The notes under the pieces were generated by a model that was not told where the DNA came from, did no database searches, and saw only the letters and a list, made by a program, of their open reading frames with translations. The position numbers and the translations under genes were made by a program. 32,247 nucleotides of DNA from an uncultured archaeon (lineage in GTDB: Archaea > Asgardarchaeota > Heimdallarchaeia > Heimdallarchaeales > Kariarchaeaceae): the NCBI GenBank assembly GCA_964645535.1, contig CAZYCQ010000020.1, positions 16,433-48,679 on the forward strand, read 5' to 3'. Positions 16,312 to 24,768 of the stretch are shown in pieces (the first letter of the stretch is position 1; the number at the start of each line of letters is the position of its first letter).

Positions 16312-18875
16312 TGATAAACATGACCCGAAAAAATGCTTGGGAGAGGATTCCCCTTACTCATTCATTTGAAAAAGGAATCCTTATTGATGGTTATTGGGAT
16401 CATCAGAACGAAGGTTTTCATTGCATATTTTATGTTCCAGAAGATGGGGGAAAATTGCTAAGATGGTTGGATTATTCATCCAAAAGGGTGGTGCGTTATC
16501 TTACTCCATTCCCCAATGGGGGTCAAACCATTAGGAAACTTCTGAACCCTTTGACATTTAAAGTAGTATGTGTCTCTGATGTACCTTATGAATCTCAATC
16601 TCTCATGAATGCAAAGGTTGTTGAAAGGTTCCAAATTCCTGAACTTCAATATTACACGTATCAACAAAAGATTCCTGGAGCTTGGTATACCTTGAAGGAT
16701 GGAAAATTGAAGCAGACTGGACTCGATTTTTCAAAAAAAGATGAGATCCGAAATCGGCTGATGGGTGAAACCTACGATCTAATCAATTTAGCTTTATTGA
16801 ACTTTCCAATACTTGATAGTCCAATTCCCAAATTCAAGTGTGTTGCCTTTGATATTGAGGTTGGATCTCCACGGCATACATTTGCAGTTCCTGAAAAAGC
16901 AGAATTTCCAGTGATTTCCGTTGGTCTGTCTTCTTCTGATGGATTCAATGCTGTCTTGGTTTTGGGTGAAAGTTCCCTCAATGATGCTGATATTGTGGAT
17001 CTTGTTGAAAACCATGGAATCAATCCTTTTACATCTGTTGAATTCTTCAAATCTGAAGCTGAGCTCATTGAACGTCTTTTCACAATTCTTTCAGATTTTC
17101 CTTTCGTACTTAGTTTCAACGGGAACTCATTTGATCTCCCATATTTGTTATTCCGTGCTAAGAAATTGAATATCTCATACATTCCTATCATCCAACATAG
17201 AAAACGCCCCACTGATTGGCAAATATCCGGCACAGTTCATATCGATTTAATGTCATTTTTCAGAAATCAAGCAATCAGGTTGTACGCATTTGGTGGTAAA
17301 TACTCCACATGGAATCTTGATGATATTGCTGAAGCCCTATTAGGTAAAAAGAAAATCACTCATGAAAACTGGTTCGATGAAATGTCACAACGAGAGCTGA
17401 TTGCATACAACCTGCGTGATGCAAAAATCACATTGGAATTAACCCAGTTTTCTGATCAACTGTCATGGACACTCATTATTTTACTTATGCGACTAGGTAG
17501 AATCCCTATAACTGTTCTTACCCAGTTTTCAATTTCCCACTGGATCAGGCAATGGCTTGCCTTTGAGCATTCCCGTAGAGGCTACTTGATTCCTTCAAAG
17601 GATGAAATAATTGAAGAGAAAGGGGGTTTCGAAAGTACAGCTGGAATTGATGGTAAGGGCTATGAAGGGGCAATTGTTCTTGATCCTGTCCCCGGTGTTT
17701 GGTGGAATGTTGTGGTAATTGATTTTGCCTCCCTCTATCCATCAACCATAAAAAGACGAAACATCAGCTATGAAACCATTCGTTGTAAGGGGAACGGTCA
17801 TGAACGATGCAAAAGCAATATTGTCCCCGGACTTTCCCATTGGGTTTGTGTCAGACATACCGGTCTTATGTCTTCACTGGTCGGTTTTGTGAGGGATTTG
17901 AGAGTGAGATGGTACAAACAGATGAAGAAGAAGAGTACTGGGAAAAAGAAACAATTCTATGACATGGTTCAGGCTTCATTGAAAGTTTTCATCAATGCAA
18001 GTTATGGGGTTTTTGGAGCCGCAGATTTTGACCTTTTTTGTCCACCTGTAGCAGAATCCACAACAGCATTTGCAAGAGATGCTTTGTTAACCCTATATCA
18101 ATATGCCGAAGAAGAAGGAATCAAGGTATTGTATGGGGACACGGATTCATTGTTTCTCTATCAGCCTCCTCCAAACATTTTGGAGAAAATCATGTTCAAG
18201 ATGCTTATTCGACATGGAATGGAATTGGGGATCGATTATAATTTTAAGGTACTTTATCTTACTGATAAAAAAAAGAATTATTTTGGATTCACGAAAGAAG
18301 GGAAAATCATCATCAAAGGACTTCAAGGAAAAAAAAGCAATACTCCTCATTTCATCCGAACAGTCTTCAAAAAATGTCTTGAAGCCTTTTCAGGTATCGA
18401 AACCGAGGCCGACATCGTTCCCATAAGAAATGAGATATTGTCAATCATCGTACCCGTCGTCACACAATTGAAAAATCAAACAATCGAACTGGATGGCCTG
18501 AAAACCCAGTATACTTTGAACAAAGATCTTTCTGAAATCCGGCAAAAAACTCCTGCTGTCATGATTGCATTGCAGTATTTCAACAATGGAAACGGGAAAA
18601 CGCATGAAATTGGTCACGGATCCATCTTTTTTGGAATCAGAATCAAGCCAATTCTTCTTCATGTTGTTCATAATCCATTTTCTGGTTTGAATTTTTCAAA
18701 AGGAGATTTGGTAGAGATAACCTATTCTGAGGTATCGCTCATAACAAAATCCCAAGTCGATTGGGATTATTACCTTAAAACTCTAAAGAAAACACTCTCT
18801 CCAATTCTCTCTCCCCTAAATATTGATTGGGATCGTGATGTATTGGGCCAAAAAAGCCTTGAACAATTCCTTTGA
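16311..18875 (+). CDS. polB: Family B DNA polymerase, PolB1 (crenarchaeal Dpo1-like) type, with intact exonuclease and polymerase motifs
   Basis: ExoI 'FDIE', ExoII 'FNGNSFDLPYL', ExoIII 'YNLRDA', 'YEGA', motif A 'DFASLYPS', motif B 'KVFINASYGVFG', motif C 'YGDTDS', PolB1-typical 'YAFGGKY' and C-terminal PIP box 'QKSLEQFL'. Confidence 0.95.
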   Translation: MINMTRKNAWERIPLTHSFEKGILIDGYWDHQNEGFHCIFYVPEDGGKLLRWLDYSSKRVVRYLTPFPNGGQTIRKLLNPLTFKVVCVSDVPYESQSLMNAKVVERFQIPELQYYTYQQKIPGAWYTLKDGKLKQTGLDFSKKDEIRNRLMGETYDLINLALLNFPILDSPIPKFKCVAFDIEVGSPRHTFAVPEKAEFPVISVGLSSSDGFNAVLVLGESSLNDADIVDLVENHGINPFTSVEFFKSEAELIERLFTILSDFPFVLSFNGNSFDLPYLLFRAKKLNISYIPIIQHRKRPTDWQISGTVHIDLMSFFRNQAIRLYAFGGKYSTWNLDDIAEALLGKKKITHENWFDEMSQRELIAYNLRDAKITLELTQFSDQLSWTLIILLMRLGRIPITVLTQFSISHWIRQWLAFEHSRRGYLIPSKDEIIEEKGGFESTAGIDGKGYEGAIVLDPVPGVWWNVVVIDFASLYPSTIKRRNISYETIRCKGNGHERCKSNIVPGLSHWVCVRHTGLMSSLVGFVRDLRVRWYKQMKKKSTGKKKQFYDMVQASLKVFINASYGVFGAADFDLFCPPVAESTTAFARDALLTLYQYAEEEGIKVLYGDTDSLFLYQPPPNILEKIMFKMLIRHGMELGIDYNFKVLYLTDKKKNYFGFTKEGKIIIKGLQGKKSNTPHFIRTVFKKCLEAFSGIETEADIVPIRNEILSIIVPVVTQLKNQTIELDGLKTQYTLNKDLSEIRQKTPAVMIALQYFNNGNGKTHEIGHGSIFFGIRIKPILLHVVHNPFSGLNFSKGDLVEITYSEVSLITKSQVDWDYYLKTLKKTLSPILSPLNIDWDRDVLGQKSLEQFL

Positions 18876-18884
18876 AATCTAGGC

Positions 18885-18900
18885 TTTATAAAGCTAAAAT
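18885..18900 (+). promoter_or_regulatory. Extended TATA motif TTTATAAAGCTAAAAT upstream of the XPD-like helicase
   Basis: Recurring motif about 10 nt after the polB stop and 40 nt before GTG 18925. Confidence 0.6.
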
Positions 18901-18924
18901 TGACCTAACTTTTGCAAAATTGGG

Positions 18925-20805
18925 GTGATCAATATCTCCGTTCAAACAAACTCTTCTAAACTCGATAATCTAATCAACCTTTTCCCCTATCCCAAGCCCT
19001 CTCCTGCACAGGTATCCATGATGGAAACCATTGTCCTTTCTCCTGCCCAAACAAAGATTATGGTTCATAACTCCACGGGGGCAGGAAAAACCATTGCTGT
19101 ATTGACCGGTGCTTTAGCAAGAAAAGAGAAAGGTCAGAAAATATTGGTTTTTTGCAGAACCATCTCCCAAATCACTTCATTTCTTCGCGAATGGAATTCC
19201 CTGCTACAACCAACTCCCGTCAAGTCATTGGAAACCCGTAAAATTCCCCTGATCCTCCCCTATCTTGGCAAAATGAGGCTTTGCAGACTCCTTGACAAAA
19301 GTTCATCTGTCGATATCAAAATTCCTCCAGAAGCGGTAAGCATTCTTTGCCATATGTTACCCTGCAATTACCATCCCAATCGAAATGTGGAAAAACCTGA
19401 AGGTGAACGATTTATTCTTCCCACCAACATCAAACTTTCATACAATCCTTCTCCAGAACATTTCAAAAAAATACTGTTTCAAATACGTAAATCCCAATGT
19501 CCCTATTATCTTCAACATTCTATGTTAAAGGCATCGGAAATTGTAGTTACCACTTATGCATACCTTTGGGAACCTCTATTTTCCCATATGCTGCAATCAT
19601 TGGGAATTGGAATTGAAGATGCAATCCTTATATTTGATGAAGCACACAATCTAGCAAATACTGTAAAAGAATCGATCACTCTCAAAGATATTGAATTTGT
19701 TCAGAATGAACTTGGAAACCACCCCATGCTTTCCTCCCTCAAAGAGGCTTTCGGCCAACTGCAGTTGCTGACCCCTTCGGATTTGGGTGAGGAATTCATG
19801 TGGAGTGATCTTGAAAGTTTCCTTAATCTGACAAATAATGAGGATGATAAATCGGTTTTTGCTTTTTTAAGCTCAGAAGAGGTATTGAGAATGAAACGAT
19901 TTCTCAGACTAAGAAGTTCTGGGTATATCGTAGCCAATTCAGAAGTTCTTACTTTCATACGTGTGGCTCCCAAGGAATGGCTTTCTAGATTTCAAACAGC
20001 AAACCTCCAGATCTACATGAGCGGCACTTTTCGCCCCCTCTATCTTTTCGCAAAAATGTTTGGCTTTGACAATAAAGATACTGTTCTTCTTGATTTCACC
20101 CAATCAAATCCCAACAATATTTTCAAGAGCTATCTTTCATACAAGGGACTAACTAGCAAAGCAAGCAAAAGAACTCCTGCTTTGTTTACAGACATGGCAA
20201 AAACCATTGTGACACTTTCTGAATTGTCACCTAGGCATGTTATGGTTGTCTGCCCGTCATATGTCTTTCAACAGGGTTTGTTGGCTCCACTGAAGGAATT
20301 TTCTCCATATGAACTAATTGTTGAAGAAAAGCAAACCAAACTTGTCGAAATACAAAGAGAACTAGATCGGAAAAAGACAAAGGTTTTGATTTTAGCCATT
20401 TCTTCCGGGAAGTTCTCTGAAGGAATTCAACTTGTGCATCATGGACGGTCTCTTCTTTCTTTATTGATATTTGCAGGTCTCCCTTTTGCCACCCCTTCTG
20501 ATGATCAAAAGTTTATCTCCCGTTTGTTGGCCAATGTTCTGGAAAATCCTTCCCTTGCTTTGAATTTTGAGCAGGTTGTTCCTCTTATGCAATTAATCAC
20601 GCAGGCTCTTGGAAGAACTGTTCGATCTCAAAAGGACAAGGGTGCTCTTGTATTGTTGGATTACCGTGCAGAGCTTCTTAGAGGTCTTGATCGAGAATTT
20701 ACGATAACAAAGTACACTAACCTTGATTTATTGAAATCTGAATTGCGTGAATTTTTCAAACATTACCCCACCATTGAGGAGTTGAGTAATCATGCAAAAC
20801 AATGA
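18925..20805 (+). CDS. XPD/Rad3/DinG-family SF2 Fe-S DNA helicase
   Basis: Q motif 'FPYPKPSPAQ', Walker A 'STGAGKT', Cys cluster (LC..., C..LPC, CPYY), 'FDEAHN', 'MSGT', 'GKFSEGI', 'GLPF' and motif VI 'QALGRTVR'. Confidence 0.93.
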   Translation: MINISVQTNSSKLDNLINLFPYPKPSPAQVSMMETIVLSPAQTKIMVHNSTGAGKTIAVLTGALARKEKGQKILVFCRTISQITSFLREWNSLLQPTPVKSLETRKIPLILPYLGKMRLCRLLDKSSSVDIKIPPEAVSILCHMLPCNYHPNRNVEKPEGERFILPTNIKLSYNPSPEHFKKILFQIRKSQCPYYLQHSMLKASEIVVTTYAYLWEPLFSHMLQSLGIGIEDAILIFDEAHNLANTVKESITLKDIEFVQNELGNHPMLSSLKEAFGQLQLLTPSDLGEEFMWSDLESFLNLTNNEDDKSVFAFLSSEEVLRMKRFLRLRSSGYIVANSEVLTFIRVAPKEWLSRFQTANLQIYMSGTFRPLYLFAKMFGFDNKDTVLLDFTQSNPNNIFKSYLSYKGLTSKASKRTPALFTDMAKTIVTLSELSPRHVMVVCPSYVFQQGLLAPLKEFSPYELIVEEKQTKLVEIQRELDRKKTKVLILAISSGKFSEGIQLVHHGRSLLSLLIFAGLPFATPSDDQKFISRLLANVLENPSLALNFEQVVPLMQLITQALGRTVRSQKDKGALVLLDYRAELLRGLDREFTITKYTNLDLLKSELREFFKHYPTIEELSNHAKQ

Positions 20806-21448
20806 TCTTGATCTAGTGATACGAAGGATAGTATCTAACTCCAACTGCCTTCGTCTCTGTTTGGTCTCAAAACCCTTGAATTTCTACACAACAGGGGTCA
20901 TAGGAACCCTTACGTTCCTCATTGAAAAAGTAATTTCTGAATTTGAACTCTCCCGGCAACTTGTCAAAAAACAAAGATTGGACGAACTTCTACAGGATGA
21001 CTTGGTCAACCTGTCACGGGAAGGATGGGGGCATTCAATCAGTCCTCGACCTCCTCCTAATTACATTATCGCTTATTTTTTTGAGGATTTCCGAATTGAA
21101 ACATTCAAGTCTGTACAGGATCGTATTTTTTTCTATCCCCTAATTGCCGATTACAGCATTGCCCCTGAATTTGAAGTAATTTCACGCATTGATGCCTTAG
21201 ACCGGTATCTTCAACAATCTGGCATTCAGAACCCCTATATTGTGTTAATTTTTCCCGAAAGAATGAATGGTTACGTCCCTGAATTTCACGTATTTTATGA
21301 ACGTCTTCTAGTTCGACTGACATCCCTACCCTTCCCTTCTCTGGTGGTTTCTAATGTCCCTAACCCCAAATCTTCCTTGTTTGGATATCCTTATTCTGTC
21401 ATTTTCAAAAACATGGGTGTGAAGGAAATTTCATTTTTCATGGTTTAA
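20792..21448 (+). CDS. Hypothetical protein, possibly an inactivated RecA/RadB-like fold
   Basis: Overlaps the helicase stop. Has 'IIAYFFEDFRIETF', 'IVLIFPE' and 'LLVRLTSLPFPSLVVSN' in RecA-like order, with no Walker A. Confidence 0.5.
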   Translation: MQNNDLDLVIRRIVSNSNCLRLCLVSKPLNFYTTGVIGTLTFLIEKVISEFELSRQLVKKQRLDELLQDDLVNLSREGWGHSISPRPPPNYIIAYFFEDFRIETFKSVQDRIFFYPLIADYSIAPEFEVISRIDALDRYLQQSGIQNPYIVLIFPERMNGYVPEFHVFYERLLVRLTSLPFPSLVVSNVPNPKSSLFGYPYSVIFKNMGVKEISFFMV

Positions 21449-21472
21449 AAATCCAACAATTTTTTCAATGGT

Positions 21473-22222
21473 ATGTATCTTGAATTATTGAATCTTTTCT
21501 TCAACTTTGTTCAAGTTCTGTTAGTTATACTTATGGTTTTTCTTGTGATTCCTTTCATTCATTATTTCATATTTGGTTTCATTTATTATGCCATTGGTCG
21601 TTTTTTTGGTCTCCAACCCTATGAGGTTGCTCGCTACATCGGTGTTCTGTTCTTTCCTGGAACATTCCTTAAATTGATGGTTAGGGCCGCAATTATCCCA
21701 ATATTGGGTGGACGAAGTGGGACGAACCTTGGAATGAATTTTCAAGGGGTTTGGGCAAATACATGGGTCGATTTCGATGGACGTCTCAGTCGGGAGGCTG
21801 TTTTCATTTTTAGTCCATACATCCTTTTACTTTTAGAAATTCCTCTTGCAGTATTTTTTTCCCAGATTGTCGAACTTCTCTCATATAATGGAATCAATAT
21901 TCTGTTCTCAATGATCTTGGTGGGTTATCTGATGGTCTCAATTATCGTTACTGGTTTGCCTATCCCTCAAGATGTGTATTCATTCTTTGCCCTTTTCACA
22001 AGAAATCACCCTCTTGCTTTTTTTATGTTCCTTGGGATTACCTTCAATTCTTTGCTTTTGGTTCCCTCTCTTGGTCTAGATCTTGCATCAACCTTTGCAT
22101 TTTTTCAACTTGTTGCATATCTTGTTATTGAAGTCCGAACAAATCGCATTCTTTCAATTCTACGAAATCCTGATGAATTTCCAGAGGATTTTATGGATTT
22201 GGTTGATTTGGGTGTGATCTAA
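21473..22222 (+). CDS. Multi-pass membrane protein resembling M50-like/DUF3267 zinc peptidases but lacking HExxH
   Basis: 'LFFPGTFLKLMVR' sits where the family has 'PGTxxHExxH'. Also 'IFSPY' and 'GYLMVSIIVTGLPIPQD'. About 6-7 TM segments. Confidence 0.6.
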   Translation: MYLELLNLFFNFVQVLLVILMVFLVIPFIHYFIFGFIYYAIGRFFGLQPYEVARYIGVLFFPGTFLKLMVRAAIIPILGGRSGTNLGMNFQGVWANTWVDFDGRLSREAVFIFSPYILLLLEIPLAVFFSQIVELLSYNGINILFSMILVGYLMVSIIVTGLPIPQDVYSFFALFTRNHPLAFFMFLGITFNSLLLVPSLGLDLASTFAFFQLVAYLVIEVRTNRILSILRNPDEFPEDFMDLVDLGVI

Positions 22223-23550
22223 TGCGGGAAAAACCATTGACTGTACACTTTGTCCATGGAATGGCATTGAATCATAAATGGAGGGAATGGTTGGATGGTC
22301 CAATTTATTCTTTACACATTACTTCATCATCTGGTGAAATGAGAAAGTTCGTTGAAACTTATATTTCGGAAATCTTGGCAAGCAAGATTCTGATTTCAAT
22401 AGTTGCGGTGAAAATTACTGATGAAATCATTCTGCTCTCTAAGTTTTGTATTGATTTGAATTTACCGATCATTTGGAATGGCCCAATCCGACAGTTGAAC
22501 AAAAATGAACTCGATTGGTTGAAGCAGGTTGACCCTTCGGTCTCTGAACTTGTTGCTTTCCCTGCTTCCGAACCATATTTCCCTATTAAACACCATGATA
22601 CATTGGATGAAGACAATGAAATAATTGAATTTAGCAATTTGGCAGAGTTATCAGGATGTGGAATTACCCTTTCTTTTGATTTCTTTAATAATTGGATGTT
22701 GTATTCTAGATTCTTTATTCCAAAACAAAATTACTTGATAGTTGATTTATCTAAAGAAAAAAAACCCTTGAAGAATCTTTTTGACAGAACGTGTTTGCTT
22801 TTCCTTAAATATGCTAGACTTATGAATGTGGTGACCGTAGAATCATTTTCCCATTTATTGCGGATTTTCCCTCCATTCAATGGTCTTGACTTAAGCGGTC
22901 TTCTGTCGATAATGTTTGGAAAGATCAGATGTGGTAAGGACATCCATACATTCCTTGAATTATATGGAATAAGAAGATATCACATCTCTAGTCTTCCTGG
23001 ACTTGAAGGTGATCGATTTCGAGTTTCAATATTTGAAACCCATAAGGAAGATCACATCGTTGACTATTCGAGTTTTCATGTTCGATGTTCCTGCAAAAAG
23101 GAAAATTGTTCTGGCAAACTAATTCTTGCCATGAAAAATGGAAAGGGTGTTGAGAATTGGGGAATACTTCCATTTCTCATGCGAAAAGGATTTTTAAGAC
23201 GTACTGAACGATATCCCAACCCTAGAAGCCTCCTTGAATCCATTTTTCCGTTTCATGAAGAAACCGCGAGATTTGAAATCACTAAAAAGGGGTATGAACT
23301 TTTGAAGCTACATGCTTCTCCTACTGATTATATTACCATTGAAAATTTATTCGTTTATAATGAAATCCCGGATGAGCCAGATTCCTTTCTTGCAGAAGTA
23401 CGAAGCACATTGCCATTAGAATCCTATTCATCCAATTCATTTCATCTCAAAAGACCCTTTTTGAAAATGGTGATGAAACTGGCTTTTGCCCATGGATATT
23501 CCAACATCTTTCGTTTCACCAATAAATTCCTTGGAGAAAGTGAGAATTGA
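22222..23550 (+). CDS. Hypothetical protein with SWIM-like Cys motif and Hel308/Ski2-like winged helix
   Basis: TAATG-coupled to the upstream gene. 'HIVDY...RCSCKKENC' and 'FLMRKGFL...FEITKKGYELLKLHASP'. No recognisable Walker motifs. Confidence 0.5.
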   Translation: MREKPLTVHFVHGMALNHKWREWLDGPIYSLHITSSSGEMRKFVETYISEILASKILISIVAVKITDEIILLSKFCIDLNLPIIWNGPIRQLNKNELDWLKQVDPSVSELVAFPASEPYFPIKHHDTLDEDNEIIEFSNLAELSGCGITLSFDFFNNWMLYSRFFIPKQNYLIVDLSKEKKPLKNLFDRTCLLFLKYARLMNVVTVESFSHLLRIFPPFNGLDLSGLLSIMFGKIRCGKDIHTFLELYGIRRYHISSLPGLEGDRFRVSIFETHKEDHIVDYSSFHVRCSCKKENCSGKLILAMKNGKGVENWGILPFLMRKGFLRRTERYPNPRSLLESIFPFHEETARFEITKKGYELLKLHASPTDYITIENLFVYNEIPDEPDSFLAEVRSTLPLESYSSNSFHLKRPFLKMVMKLAFAHGYSNIFRFTNKFLGESEN

Positions 23551-23559
23551 GTGCTCTTA

Positions 23560-24663
23560 TTAATGTTGATCTTTTCTATTCAATACTTGGACATAAGGGA
23601 AATTCCGTATGATTTCCTCTTTTACCTTAACATGGTCAACAATTCCTAGATCTGAACCATTACTGGTTTGGAAAATCTTCTCACACTGCTCTTGGAATTT
23701 CTGCAATGAAATTACCATGTTCCTTGTTGGTTTTTCTGTGATTAATGCCACATGGATTGCATTTCCCATTTGGAAAATAATTGATTTGTCAAAAGTTTCA
23801 ATGGTTTTTAGACTTTGGTCATTCCCGAAAATATCCTTGACAAATGCTTGTATCGCACTTACAAAAGGGGCGATCAGATCTGGTACAATCGGGGATGTCT
23901 TGTTCATCCTTCTCTTTCTTGTTTTAAGTTGATAAAACCCAAGGGACTTCCCAATGTCATCAAATAGAAAGATCCCAAATATATTAATTGCAGCTCTTTC
24001 CACATAGTCTACATTTAATGCATAGATTGAAATGAAAATGAGTGCGCCAACTGCTTTCATAACTGCTGAAATAATAGGATCGATCTGTAAATGCACTCGA
24101 ATCATCGGTGTCGATATGCCTCCAATCAGGAATCCTATTGATAGGGCTGTAGTTCCAAATGCCTGTACTAGTGCCTCAATCTCCCCTGCAAAATCTACAG
24201 TTTTGTAAAGGATATATGAAACGTAAATGAATGAATATAATCCGATAAAGTTGTAACTGAGATCCCAAAACAATTCATCGATCTCATCCATTGCATGTAA
24301 CGAAAATTTCAGGCACATAATCACAAAAATTGGCCAACTAACCAAAATTGGAAAATTCAATCTGATATTCAACTTCATGGATCTTGAAAACTGAAAATGG
24401 AAATAAAAGAAAAGATATTCCAACGAATAAAGAAAGAGTTCCATTGGCAGAAAAATCCTTTTTTCAAATGATTTCAATTCAAAATGAAGCACTAATGAAA
24501 TGATTGAGGCAATAATGCCCATTCCCAATCCTAAAATCAGCAAATGTGCATTTCTTCGATAAACCATTGATTGCCGAACTATGACAACAATCAAAATCAT
24601 CTGCACAATGATATAGATTGATGTGATGGCAATTACTAGTTGATCCACCAAATATTCATTCAA
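23560..24663 (-). CDS. Multi-TM (about 7) sensor-like protein fused to a C-terminal longin-like domain
   Basis: About 215-aa hydrophobic N-terminal region, then 'IFGIFLFDDIGKSL...DLIAPFVSAIQAFVKDIF...LKTIE...IIF', typical of Asgard longin-like domains. Confidence 0.7.
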   Translation of the reverse strand: MNEYLVDQLVIAITSIYIIVQMILIVVIVRQSMVYRRNAHLLILGLGMGIIASIISLVLHFELKSFEKRIFLPMELFLYSLEYLFFYFHFQFSRSMKLNIRLNFPILVSWPIFVIMCLKFSLHAMDEIDELFWDLSYNFIGLYSFIYVSYILYKTVDFAGEIEALVQAFGTTALSIGFLIGGISTPMIRVHLQIDPIISAVMKAVGALIFISIYALNVDYVERAAINIFGIFLFDDIGKSLGFYQLKTRKRRMNKTSPIVPDLIAPFVSAIQAFVKDIFGNDQSLKTIETFDKSIIFQMGNAIHVALITEKPTRNMVISLQKFQEQCEKIFQTSNGSDLGIVDHVKVKEEIIRNFPYVQVLNRKDQH

Positions 24664-24768
24664 TAGCGACTATTTATTTTTTGGTACAAAAAAGATGGGG
24701 GCTTTGAAGGAGATCGTTTCAATTTTTATCATTTCATCTTTATATTCTTAATTCTGACAGATAGTTTA

